Assembly: GCA_000091205.1 (NCBI GenBank)
Contig: AP006496.2
Direction: 5' to 3' (one strand)
Source of the DNA: Cyanidioschyzon merolae
Taxonomy: Eukaryota
DNA: 64,000 nucleotides
Both the position numbers and the translations under genes were made by a program. The notes beneath the pieces were generated by a model. The model worked only from the letters and a program-made list of their open reading frames with translations. It was not told the DNA's origin and did no database searches. Below, one piece after another: positions 52,503-63,314 of the stretch. The first letter of the stretch is position 1. The number at the start of each line of letters is the position of its first letter.

Positions 52503-53642
52503 GTGACGCACATGCAGCGACGACTCCGTAGCCTGCATGCGTGCGCGCTGGTACCCGAGCGTGCCGTAGGGAGCGGCGCTCGCGATGCCTCTCTGGTGCT
52601 CCACACTCCAGTTGCGTGTGAGCGACGTTTGCTTGGATTCCAAGGCGACTTAAAGAGAGCCTCTGGACGGTTTACTCTTTTAGTTGTCTGCTGGTCGCTC
52701 GTTTTTCTCGTGTGTATGCGGCGGGCGTTTCACGAGAGACTCCGTCGCTCCAGGGTTCTCTCTCTGGTGGTGCTCGTTTTGTTTGCAGCATCAGCTCTGA
52801 GCCTTCGCCTTCGGTTCAAGAGGCTATCGCCAGCAGGTTGGAAGGCCGAAATCCATGATCTGCAAAAATGTCCAGAAGGCGGACTATGTCGGCTTCGTAT
52901 CTATGCGATAGCAGTGAAGAACCGGCGAAAAACTATTGAGCGAGCGTTACAGCGAATTCGTGCGAACTACACCATCATTGACGCGGTCTTGACGGACTCT
53001 GAGTTGGTATCATGGTACCACTGGCATATCGTGCCGAGTGAACAGGTACACCTCCACGAGCAAGGTGCTGGCGGATACGTTGCTGGTCCGTGGCAAACTG
53101 TGGTGGCATGTTTTTTGTCGCACCTCAAAGCGTTGAAAACGCTCATAGATGACCCCGATGCAGAGGCAGCTATGATTCTCGAGGACGATGTCGTATTCTT
53201 GCGCGACGTCGAATTGCTTTGGCAGCGAATCAGCGACGCATTCAAACTGCTCAACGACGCTGATGTGGTTCGGCTCTCGTATCTCGATCACGCCAAGCAT
53301 ATCAGCCCGCGAACCCAGGCCGAGTTCCAGCTTAATGGCACTTGGTCGGGTGCCCAAGCGTACATGATATCGAAACAATTCGCGAAATTAGCCGTAGATA
53401 CCGTCGACCATCCCGTGCGTTTTCTTCGAAATCGTTTTCTAAGCATCACGAGCGAACTTGTCTTGAACGCTGATTTTGCGGACACCAAGGTCACCGTCCC
53501 AGTGCATCCGCGCTGCAGGGTATTCGTTTTGCAACCACCAATCGCGATAGAGCGTGTCGATGTGAAAAGCACCATTGGGAATTCTCCGCATTGGCAGGAG
53601 TTTGCTATGTATGGATTCGAGAATTACGCATTGGACATCTGA
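52503..53642 (+). CDS. glycosyltransferase family 25 (Lic2B/COLGALT-like), type II membrane protein
   Basis: TM anchor 'FTLLVVCWSLVFLVCM', then 'RLRIYAIAVKNRRKTIERALQRIRANYTIIDAV' and 'VVACFLSHLKALKTLIDDPDAEAAMILEDDVVFLRD' (GT25 hallmark 'ILEDD'). Confidence 0.7.
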   Translation: MTHMQRRLRSLHACALVPERAVGSGARDASLVLHTPVACERRLLGFQGDLKRASGRFTLLVVCWSLVFLVCMRRAFHERLRRSRVLSLVVLVLFAASALSLRLRFKRLSPAGWKAEIHDLQKCPEGGLCRLRIYAIAVKNRRKTIERALQRIRANYTIIDAVLTDSELVSWYHWHIVPSEQVHLHEQGAGGYVAGPWQTVVACFLSHLKALKTLIDDPDAEAAMILEDDVVFLRDVELLWQRISDAFKLLNDADVVRLSYLDHAKHISPRTQAEFQLNGTWSGAQAYMISKQFAKLAVDTVDHPVRFLRNRFLSITSELVLNADFADTKVTVPVHPRCRVFVLQPPIAIERVDVKSTIGNSPHWQEFAMYGFENYALDI

Positions 53643-54479
53643 GCGGAGCGATGTGCGGACGTTCGCGATCGCACCGTTTTCGAAAATAAGAGGATGATTA
53701 AGGGGCATCTTGCAAGCAGTGACACTGTTCCGTACGCATTTCATAGTTGGTTCCGACGCTAGCTGTACCCTGAAATGACATTCCGGTAACGCTGGTATTG
53801 GTTAATGCCCATTGCAGCGGCGTTACGCGAACGAATGCCATTCAGCTTTCGTCGGTGTCCAGTCACTGCAGATTGGCGCATGGCCTGTTCCCGTCGACCA
53901 TGCAGTCGAAGAAACTGGTGCCCAAGATCCCCGCTCGACTGTGTCGGCCGTCGAGCTGCCCGCCTGCCGAGACTCATACGCGAAGTTCGGCTCGACGGAG
54001 CTGCCTTTGTAATCCTGGAGCAGGCTGGATTGTTTTCTGGGGGCGTTTGCATGGCTAGACTAAATTCTAATGGTGAGCAATCCGGGAATCTGACAAGGAA
54101 AAGTCGACCCCCGTCACCCCGGTGCGGCTGGATACATTCAGATGCCCTCGAGACTGCTCAGCGCTGACACGGATCCATCCATCCATCCATTCGCGTCTTT
54201 CCCAGAACGGTTCAAGGGGCGTTGCGACGCTTTCGCTCAGGGCCAGGACCAGGCACCAGTCCAGCCTCATGAAACGTGATGCAGAGCAGCACCATTCGCC
54301 ACATGGTAGCGCTTGCGGATAGCTGCCGTTTGCACTGGCCTAGCTTGCTGCCGTTCGTGCAAGCGCGTTGCAGGCTCCACGGGGAGTTGTACGTCTGGCT
54401 TTGGCAGAGCGCCGAAGGCATCTTCGCTGTGCAGAACAAGCCGAAAACGTTGCCGTGCAGTGCGCTGCGTCGTATTCGC

Positions 54480-55110
54480 ATTCTAGACAAGATCAGCAAA
54501 ACGAACAATGTTTCACGGTCATGGAAGATAAATATATCCAACCATCCGCAGACGCTTCCCAGCCTTTCCCAACCGGCAGCATGCTATTGGTTTTAGTTTC
54601 TCTCTGCACACATCGAGCCTTTGAGGTAGCCCTACGAAGTTTGATTGCGTCAGCGCCGCGGGTCCCGTCTTCAACACCAAGCATCTTCTGGTATGGGTCG
54701 CGGGATTGAAGTCCCACTTCATGATCTCCTTGCGTTTATTGCCTCTGGTTGAGCTCACCGAGGGAGAGCGTGCTCGAGCTCGCACCCTCTGTGCCACCAA
54801 AGTCTCCTCATCATCCCGTTGAGTAAACACCTTTTCTCGCTTATCTCACATCCTCTTCTTCTTCTTCTCGTCATTTGCGCTTCTTCACTTGATGGTCGGC
54901 TAGAAGAGGATTTGATCGATTCTTTTTTTCGGTGAGCCGGCGATGACGGCCCTCCGGGATCCCCGCCTTCCATGTCCATACCCTTCGCTTGGATTTTTTA
55001 TTTCTTGAAAATGAACACATTCCTTTGGAGGCTTCGGCGAGAACCATTCCGGAGGGGTAAGCGCTTGCGGAAGAGAAACGATATGTGCCACGGTATGGCG
55101 CCATGTGCGG
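54480..55110 (-). mobile_element. Fanzor/TnpB-like element, short copy D (minus orientation), degenerate
   Basis: Minus-strand ORFs 54871-55104 ('RNKKSKRRVWTWKAGIPEGRHRRL', the 5' block) and 54519-54830 ('WDFNPATHTRRCLVLKTGPAALTQSNFVG', a degraded RuvC-III). The tail ends near 54495 ('...ccatgaccgtgaaacattgttcgtt' on the minus strand). Confidence 0.55.
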
Positions 55111-56030
55111 AACGCCTCAGCGATTCGCCCAGTGGACCGATTATTACGTTTCACGGTAGAACGCACTCCTTGGATGAAGCTGAACCTCGTAGAGTACGCA
55201 GGAATGAAAAGCAGCTCTACTCCCCGGATAGAATCGGCAACAGCTCGAACGCAAGAGGAATGATCAAATACCACGCTGTCCGATAGGAGGTCGTCGCCAG
55301 ACGTCAGGGAGGAGTCTCCAATGGTTCGGCAAAGTTGACGGTGCTGTTGTATGACGCTCTTCCACTTGAGAAACCGAGGTCGCCGAATGACTCCACCACG
55401 CCAAGAATAGATGGTGATGTCATCCTTCTCTTTGGGTTCGATTTCACATGCAACGGGCTCCCGGCTGCGCGACAACCCAGGTGCACTCCGACCGTTTCGT
55501 CCGAAGCAAGTCTCGTCAACTGAAACAGAAAAACCGATGTGCCTGTGTCTCATTCCGATCCCAAAGTTCCAAGAATGTTGTAGCAGGTACGATGTCGGTG
55601 GAAGATGGCGGTGCTTGAACTTGGACTCTTTCCTTGAGACTGTATCGCGGTGTTTTCAGGGCCAAAATGAACAAGCTGTTGAGAGAAAGAGACGCCCCTG
55701 GAGACTGCCATCGTCGCTTTTTGCTCTTCGTAATGCGTCCAAGAGGTCGTCTTCTACCATTGACGGCAAACAGCGTCTGATTATACCTGTTTTTGGCACA
55801 GAGCGCACATAGGCTTCTTTCTGTCGCTGTGGCTTAATCATGTGAGGACTGCGATATGACCGACCTGAGAGAGGAATGCTGTCCTCCTTGCGCTTTTCAT
55901 TAAAGAACACATCCTATGTGCAATGCGTCTACGATCTACAGCATACATTGCATCGTTATTTCGATCTCCTGCTGCACACCACTTCGGGGGTGAAATCATA
56001 CAGAGCTGAAAGACTCCAAAAGGAAAGATT
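54985..56030. repeat. dispersed repeat family 2, copy 1 (~95% identical over ~780 bp to 61935-62700; weaker similarity to ~62970)
   Basis: Near-identical runs, e.g. 'cattcctttggaggcttcggcgagaaccattccggaggggtaagcgcttgcggaagagaaacgatatgtgccac'. The longest ORFs (minus 54900-55553, 217 aa; plus 55411-55812) have no recognisable domain. Abuts the 5' block of copy D. Confidence 0.8.
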
Positions 56031-56224
56031 CGCAGCGAGCATCCAGGTCGCACGAGTCGCTTCCAGCAGGCACCTCGGGATAGAACACAAGCGTCCAGTG
56101 GCGGTGAGCCGTGTTCGCAGTCGAGGCACTTCGAGAAGGCGCTTTTCTTTCCAGAAAACGTTGACGGGCTTGGTGTGTGCGAGCGTGCGTGCGTACCACC
56201 TAGGCAGCGAGTCCCAGAGCGTTC

Positions 56225-56965
56225 ATGAGCGTTCAAGCGCAACTTGTTGGCGGGGAGTTTTGGGTCACTGACCCAGTGAGCGCACGACTGTGTTGGCAGT
56301 CGCTCATGGGGTTCGGGAAAGGCAACTTGAGCCGTAGTCGACCTGTGTACGGGGAGCTAGTCCGGGGTGCGGTCGATCACGTCCACTTGGGACGAGCGCT
56401 GCGCAGCCTGGTGCGTGCCGGGCACTTTGCAGCACGGACTGACAAGGAGGACGTGGAGCACCTGCACCTAGCTCCATTCGAAGCAGCCTACCTCGCTTTT
56501 GACGAACAATTTCTGACCGTGAAAGGTTTCGAGAACACCCAGTCACTCTGGACGTACTTCGTATCCCTACCGAAAGAGCACTTGCGACAGTATGCAGTTT
56601 ATCGAGCATATCGGCACGCAGGCTGGGCACCGCATTCCGGATGCAAGTATGGCGCGGACTTTGTACTTTACCGGTTCCGAGCGTCAGAAGGTCGTCATTC
56701 GCACGCACCGTACGCGGTTCTCGTTCGGAGTGCAAACGAGCGCATCCATCAGCGTTGGATTGCCGTCCAGAATCAGCTGAGGCTCACCAAACAAGTGGCT
56801 AAGCGCCTTGTCTACGTGGAGGTGTCCATGAGCACAGCGATGGAGCATCTCCAGCATCGCGAACGCTGGCTCCAGACCGTGTGTCTGCATGAGGTTCTCG
56901 TCGATCGCTGGACGCCATCCATTCGCACTCGTTCGAAAGAGGCAAAACAGCGTGCCGCGAAGTAG
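56225..56965 (+). CDS. tRNA-splicing endonuclease catalytic subunit (Sen2/Sen34 family)
   Basis: 'AVYRAYRHAGWAPHSGCKYGADFVLYRFRASEGRHSHAPYAVLV' matches the tRNA-intron endonuclease catalytic domain (vY.dLr.rGy.v..G.KfG.DF.lY......HS.y.v.v). Upstream 'EAAYLAFDEQFLTV' fits the N-terminal domain. Confidence 0.8.
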   Translation: MSVQAQLVGGEFWVTDPVSARLCWQSLMGFGKGNLSRSRPVYGELVRGAVDHVHLGRALRSLVRAGHFAARTDKEDVEHLHLAPFEAAYLAFDEQFLTVKGFENTQSLWTYFVSLPKEHLRQYAVYRAYRHAGWAPHSGCKYGADFVLYRFRASEGRHSHAPYAVLVRSANERIHQRWIAVQNQLRLTKQVAKRLVYVEVSMSTAMEHLQHRERWLQTVCLHEVLVDRWTPSIRTRSKEAKQRAAK

Positions 56966-57537
56966 TCTGTGCGGCAAGCCTGCTGAAAGGCATCGTCCAG
57001 CGCAAGTCCAAAGGCGGCGCAACAGCAGCATCTATCTGCACAACGGGAACGCACACCAGAAGTGCGACGAGAACAAGTCACGGGTTTGCATCCTGGCTGC
57101 AGCGGGAGCACCTGGAACGCACTCATGACACACACTCTCTCACCGACAGGGGCACGAGAACAAGTCGCAAGTTTGCACCCTGGCTGCAGCGGGAGCTCCT
57201 ACAACGCACTCGTGACACGCTCTCACACCGACAAGGGCACGCGCCTCAGTTTTGCGTTCGTGCTGCTGGAAGTGGATTGACTGGTGCACGATGACTGTCG
57301 ACATCGGGGCCGTCGCTGGCTGTCTCTGAGCGGACTCGGCAGCAGTGCCTCGTGTAGTGTTACCAGTATCGAAGTGCAAGAGCGGAAACCTCCAAACCTG
57401 AAAAACATGCGCGACGCCCGAACAGCCGAATGCGTCATGCTGCGGACCCACTGGAGCACGCACCGGGTTAGAAACGCTGCCCTGTGCACGCGCTCGCAAG
57501 GTTGCACTGCAGTAAAACCTTCGATGCGCTTTGCGAG

Positions 57538-59271
57538 CTAATTCGATGTCGGGACTGCTGCTCGCTGCGACTTCCACTGAATGAGCTCATCGACTCGCCT
57601 CCAGTTGGAGCGGGCGCAATCGTACTGAGCGTCGAGTTCGAGAGCGCGCGTGAACATCGCCTTGGCCTCTTGGGTGGCGTCCATCATGAGCAACAGGATG
57701 CCGAGATTGTTGTACACGAATGGTTGCTCACCGCCTGCCACAAGCGCTTGCTTGTAGCAACGAAGCGCTTCATTATGGTGCCCTCGCTGACGGTAAAGGG
57801 ATCCGAGATTGGTCCAAATTGCAGCGTACAGCGTCGGGCACCGCAATGCGCCCGCGTGCTGCAGCGCCTGCCACAGGGCATGGCAGCCCTCTTCTGGGCG
57901 CCCTGACAAACCGAGCACGATACCGACGTTGTTCAAGATTACGGGATTATCCTGATCGCGATCCCAGGCCTGCAGCAGCAGATCAACAGCGTCAGCGTAC
58001 TCGCCGATGTCTACCAGCAGCAGCGCCAGGCTAATCCAATTCGATGCATGGTCTGGGTGGCGCTCCAGTGCCAGGCTGTAATGACGAGCACTACTATCAG
58101 CGAGTCGAGAGTGTCCATGTTCATCGCCGCATTCGCTGCGAAGTCGAGCGCATAGACCCATAACGATTTGCGCTGCTTCCAGGAGCACAGTGCACCGGCT
58201 CACCCGTTCAGAAAGCAGCTTGAGGCTGGATGCCGCCCGTCGCAGACGGTCGACGTTTTCCGAATGCCGGAGCGCGTCTCTGGAGAGGTCTGCATACGCT
58301 GTTAGAATGCGTGCGAGCAGTGCAAATTCCGCCTGGAATTCATCAGGCGAGCTACTAACCGACACACAAGCAGCAGCATGCGCTAGCACGTGCTCGTTAC
58401 GGAGACTGTGCCAAAGCGCAAGACCGCCCCATGTGAAGGCCAGGAAAGGATACAGGGGCGATTCCGGTGATTCCGTCGACGCATGTGCGACCGACGAAAG
58501 CTGCGTCTCACAGACGGCCTCCAGCAGCGCGAACGAGGGCAGGCGGCTGTCAGCCTGGAGTTGCAGCCATTGTCGACGCTCGTGCTCATGTCTGGTGCGC
58601 GCGTGCGGCGACAGTGCCATGAGCTGCGCATAGTTGCCCAGCGCAGGTGCAGTGCATCCGCGTAGAATAGCCTGCTCAAAGCATGCTGCGGCAGTTAGAT
58701 AGTGTTCATCGCGGGTGAACGCCACGCCAAGGTTGTTCCAGTGGTCGGCATCGTCACAACCGCGCCCAACGATATCCTGCATCCGGTGGACGCGACTGGC
58801 TGCGTCTAGCTCTAGCCAGGCCTGGTCTTCCTCGACGTTACAGTCCCAGAATGAGGTACCACTCTTCCCGTCGAGTCGCGTTAGGCCCCGGGTGGTGATC
58901 CACAGCGCGTGAAGCACCCCAAAGTACAGCGAATGCTTGCGCCCTGCGGAGCCGAGGCGCTGCGCGGCCAGCTCAAGCCAACTCTGGGCGGCCTTCCGGT
59001 CACCAAGGCGTAAGTAGCATAGCCCGACGTGAAACGCAGCCGACGCCGAGCTGGGAAGCCGGCGTGCAACCAGACGAAGCTGGCTCACGAGAACGCTTCC
59101 AGCGGACCAGCCGGGAATCGTCGGTGGCTGTAGCACGCCAGAGGGTGTACCCGGCTGTTGGTGCAGTGGCGTCGAGTTTGGTAGCTCAAGTTCCGCCAGA
59201 ACACCCGAGAATCTCGGAAGAAAACGCTCTATGAAAATTCGATTCTCATCTGTGTCCTCAGAAGCGTCCAT
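57538..59271 (-). CDS. tetratricopeptide repeat (TPR) protein
   Basis: 577 aa with repeated 34-aa TPR-like units: 'AAFHVGLCYLRLGDRKAAQSWLELAAQ', 'WNNLGVAFTRDEHYLTAAACFEQAI', 'PVILNNVGIVLGLSGRPEEGCHALWQAL', 'WTNLGSLYRQRGHHNEALRCYKQAL', 'VYNNLGILLLMMDATQEAKAMFTRALELD'. Confidence 0.7.
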   Translation of the reverse strand: MDASEDTDENRIFIERFLPRFSGVLAELELPNSTPLHQQPGTPSGVLQPPTIPGWSAGSVLVSQLRLVARRLPSSASAAFHVGLCYLRLGDRKAAQSWLELAAQRLGSAGRKHSLYFGVLHALWITTRGLTRLDGKSGTSFWDCNVEEDQAWLELDAASRVHRMQDIVGRGCDDADHWNNLGVAFTRDEHYLTAAACFEQAILRGCTAPALGNYAQLMALSPHARTRHEHERRQWLQLQADSRLPSFALLEAVCETQLSSVAHASTESPESPLYPFLAFTWGGLALWHSLRNEHVLAHAAACVSVSSSPDEFQAEFALLARILTAYADLSRDALRHSENVDRLRRAASSLKLLSERVSRCTVLLEAAQIVMGLCARLRSECGDEHGHSRLADSSARHYSLALERHPDHASNWISLALLLVDIGEYADAVDLLLQAWDRDQDNPVILNNVGIVLGLSGRPEEGCHALWQALQHAGALRCPTLYAAIWTNLGSLYRQRGHHNEALRCYKQALVAGGEQPFVYNNLGILLLMMDATQEAKAMFTRALELDAQYDCARSNWRRVDELIQWKSQRAAVPTSN

Positions 59272-59334
59272 CGGAACCGTTACGCCTCACTGGGGCCACA
59301 CTCCCTCGACGGCCTTGCCAGACAGTGTCGGTGT

Positions 59335-59362
59335 CGGTAGCGGTAGCGGTAGCGGTAGCGGG
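59335..59362. repeat. (GGTAGC)4 microsatellite
   Basis: gtcggtagcggtagcggtagcggtagcgggtacg. Confidence 0.8.
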
Positions 59363-60129
59363 TACGCGAGTAGAAGCGAAAGCTTGGCCAGTGCGGCTGC
59401 AGCGCGCGCGCGCCCAAGCGCATACCTCGAGCGCGCAACACCAGTCGTGTTGCCTGCTGGAGTGCAGTCCGCGGATGGAGGCAGTGTTCCGGTGAGTCGG
59501 CAACGCTGCGGAGAGGCGAGGTACATTTCAGGTGAGTTGTGCTTCAGACACTAGGAGACGCTTGCGAAACGAGAACAGCGTTTGCTGGACGCTGGGGAAC
59601 GCGATCGAGGCGGTGAGCCTGCGGGTACCCGGCTTGCAGTAGACGCTAGACCAGTGCCAGGTGAAGATGGAACGCGAAACTATTCGGTCTCTTCCTGGTA
59701 TGAAGTTTTCTCCAAAGTTTTCGTTGGATATAATACGCCGAGATTCGACGTGGGAATGTAAATGGCTTTGGGATTTGTGAATGGTTTCAGGTTTCTCTGG
59801 TGTGTTTTCCAGAGTGACTCCAATGACGCTCTGCCGCTGGAACTCGTTCCATCACGGGAATCAAGAAGGTTCGCGATGCCCCCGAACAAGCACCCGGATC
59901 ACGACCAACACCCTGATCCATTGCACATGTGCAAGTCTCGACGCTTCTACTTTCGTTACGAGTCGCACGCTCAAATCACGTATTCTTGGGGGTTTCGACC
60001 TTCCTGTTTCAAGGCGATTCGCTGGTGCAGCATTGGGCGCTGCTGGTGTGGCGAGGCAAAACGATGAATGTCGCCTCGTGATGACTTGTTCACGAGCTCA
60101 TACGGAAAGAACGCGGAAGTTGTGACGTC

Positions 60130-60640
60130 AGATGATGAACTCTGATCGAAATATAAATCCTTGTTTCTTTCTTGCGGTCGACGAAATCGCACTCGACACT
60201 GGCAGCATGAAACTTATCACGGGACATGCTCCGAGAGGTTTCCTTCTATTCTGTTTGTATGCCAGAGCGTGCTGGACTCGGATTTCAGTCATCAGGGCGA
60301 TCGTTTCTTGCGGGGCGTATTTTACTGGTTTGCACAAAGGGAGCGTATACGGGTAGAATTTTTTCGGCTTCTTCAGCCTGGCTTTGCGTTCCATATCTGT
60401 TTCGTCATGGACAAGCTCACGTTATACAAAAATACCCATCGAATGGAACAGCGTGAGCGTGCAGCGAATAGCGTCCACCCCGGCGAACATTGCCCAGAGA
60501 AGGCCTGTGACCGCAGGGTACGGCATCGGGCGCGGAAACGGAGAAAGGGCATCGAGAGGAGCCCTCTGTTCCCGTTATCAGCATGTATCGAGCGATGAGG
60601 CAAGCGTTCACGTGCCACAGAGCTGTGCCCTGACCAGGAG
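60130..60640 (+). repeat. dispersed repeat family 3, copy 3
   Basis: Aligns in blocks with 33620-34120 and 14200-14610: '...gcgcggaaacggagaaagggcatcgagaggagcc...', '...gatgaggcaagcgttcacgtgccacagagc'. Confidence 0.6.
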
Positions 60641-61524
60641 GTGCGATGGAAATTTGCAGACACCTGACCACAGCCAAGTACAACCGATGCGAATAACGCA
60701 CCCAGGCTGTCTACGAAGGAGATGCAGAAGGCGTGCGAAGCGCCGATCGAAACGAACGCCCCTGCATGAAACGCGAAGAAAAAACCGGAAGCTGCGATAG
60801 AATGACTTTAACGATAACATCAGCATCCTTCGACTGATAACACAACGGCGCCGGCGAGCCAGGAAACACCGGTGTGTTGAAAGCGCGCGATAGGCGTACT
60901 GGAACGGGAGCAAGCACCGAAAAAGCGCCCCAAACGCTTGTCTTCATGACATTCGTAAGAGACCAAAATCTTTAGTGTATGCACCCGAGTTCACAAAGTG
61001 ACCTGTTCCATCATGGTCTGACACGGGCGTGTCTCGATTCACGTGCCGAATGTGCAGTCAAAAGCGCTCCACAGAGATAGAACGGCTTCGCGATGCCTTC
61101 CCAGACCTCAGCTCGACGCGTGGAGAGAAGGCACACCAGCCGGGACTCCTTGTTGGCATGAGCGCCCACAGCTGGTTGGCCCAGGCCTGCGTGCAGCGGC
61201 GCCGAACGATTCCATGAAGGAACTCGTACACGACAGCGGCGCGGTACTGCTGGGCATCCCTTCACAGTCTGCAGGCGACTGCGTCGCGCTCACGCCCCGT
61301 GAGTGTCGCCACGCCACCCTGCACTGCGGTGATGCAATACGCATTCGCTCAGCCGACGTGTCTGGTCAGCATGGCTTTCCAACTAATTTTCTCCATTTCG
61401 CGTAGGCGATAGCAGGGACGCCCGCGCGACCTGAAGCCCTGAAAGACCGAAGCTTTAGCAGACGGCAGCATGTGCGAGCATCAGCGGAACGCATCACTCA
61501 AACTGTGCACCACACTCGCCGGGT

Positions 61525-61990
61525 ATACCATGGGGTCGATGGAATGAAACCGGTTTGCGACCATGGTTCATAAATGTATCTACCCACGCGCAGACACCTC
61601 CCAGCCTTTTTCGACCAGCCTCCTGCTATCGATTTCAGCTTTTCCGTGTACACCTCGAGCATCGGAGGCTGACCCACAAAGTTGGTTCATGCCAGCTCTG
61701 CGCGTCTCGTCTTCAGCACCGCACATCACCTGATATTGATCGCGGCATTGAAGTCTCGGCTCGCAAAATTCCTTGCTTTAATTGCGGCTGCGGGAACTCA
61801 CCAGTGTAAGGATTGCTAGAGCTCGTGCCCTCCGTGACATGTGCTGTTCTGGCAGCACACTGTACTTTACGATCGACAAAGCGCACTGCTGGCTTGTCTC
61901 CACCTAAACCGTCTGAAGTATGCGTCCGAGGTCGTCGCTTAATTTCTTGAAAACGAATACATTCCTTTAGAGGCTTCGGCGAGAACCATT
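61525..61990 (-). mobile_element. Fanzor/TnpB-like element, short copy F (minus orientation)
   Basis: The minus strand of 61690-61775 reads 'DFNAAINIR*CAVLKTRRAELA*TNFVG' (RuvC-III with in-frame stops). Tail: '...ggctgggaggtgtctgcgcgtgggtagatacatttatgaaccatggtcgc'. A 5' block remnant at 61935-61990 joins repeat family 2 copy 2. Confidence 0.55.
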
Positions 61991-62970
61991 CCGGAGGGGT
62001 AAGCGCTTGCGGAAGAGAAACGATATGTGCCACTGTATGGCGCCATGTGCGGAACGCTTCAGCGATTCGCCCAGTGGACCGATTATTACGTTTCACGGTA
62101 GAACGCACTCCTTGGATGAAGCTGAACCTCGTAGAGTACGCAGGAATGAAAAGCAGCTCTACTCCCCGGATAGAATCGGCAACAGCTCGAACGCAAGAGG
62201 AATGATCAAATACCACGCTGTCGGATAGGAGGTCGTCGCCAGACGTCAGGGAGGAGTCTCCAATGGTTCGGCAAAGTTGACGGTGCTGTTGTATGACGCT
62301 CTTCCACTTGAGAAACCGAGGTCGCCGAATGAATCCACCACGCCAAGAATAGATGGTGATGTCATCCTTCTCTCTGGGTTCGATTTCACATGCAACGGGC
62401 TCCCGGCTGCGCGACAACCCAGGTGCACTCCGACCGTTTCGTCCGAAGCAAGTCTCGTCAACTGAAACAGAAAAACCGATGTGCCTGTGCCTCATTCCGA
62501 TCCCAAAGTTCCAAGAATGTTGTAGCAGTTATGATGTCGGTGGAAGATGGCGGTGCTTGAACTTGGACTCTTTCCTTGAGACTGTATCGCGGTGTTTTCA
62601 GGGCCAAAATGAACAAGCTGTTGAGAGAAAGAGACGCCCCTGGAGACTGCCATCGTCGCTTTTTGCTCTTCGTAATGCGTCCAAAAGGTCGTTATCCACG
62701 AATCGCCGCAAGCATGCACACGGCATATCGGTTATTGACGCATCGTGCATCTACCTGATTCTCTCAGCGTACCTGAACCATCAAAGTCCTCTTGTATGAC
62801 TGACCTCAACGAGGAATACATTCCTCTTTGCACTATTCCATATATAATCTAGCCCATAGGCAGTTCGTCTAAGATCTATAGAATACATTGCATCGCGATG
62901 TCGATCACCTGCTGCACACCACATCTTGAGTGAAATCAAAGAGAGTCGAAAGACTACGACAGGAAAGCGA
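61935..62970. repeat. dispersed repeat family 2, copy 2
   Basis: See 54985-56030. Minus-strand ORF 61713-62495 (260 aa) is nearly identical to the ORF at 54900-55553. Confidence 0.8.
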
Positions 62971-63314
62971 TTCGCTGGTGCACGGATCGCCGCCGCGCCG
63001 CCGCCGCCGCCGCATCGCCGCCGCCGCGGAAACGCTCCTGCGCATACCAGTGGCAGTGCTAGTCGCACTCGTGGCATCCGAGGAGGCGCTACAGTGTGGC
63101 AAGTGCCACGGTTGCAGGTCCTTGGGCCTGTTGGAACAGTGCACGCTACGAGTCATGGTGTTGGACGGCGCGGGACACGCCCTAAGCTTGGCTTTTGTAG
63201 GAGGAATTCCGACCTCGAAGAGACGCGCGGCAGTGCGCCCGGGGTCCCGTCCTCGAGGGTCACCGCCCTTCTGGAGTAACTTCCCGTGCACTTGGCGATG
63301 GGGGAGCGCGCGGA

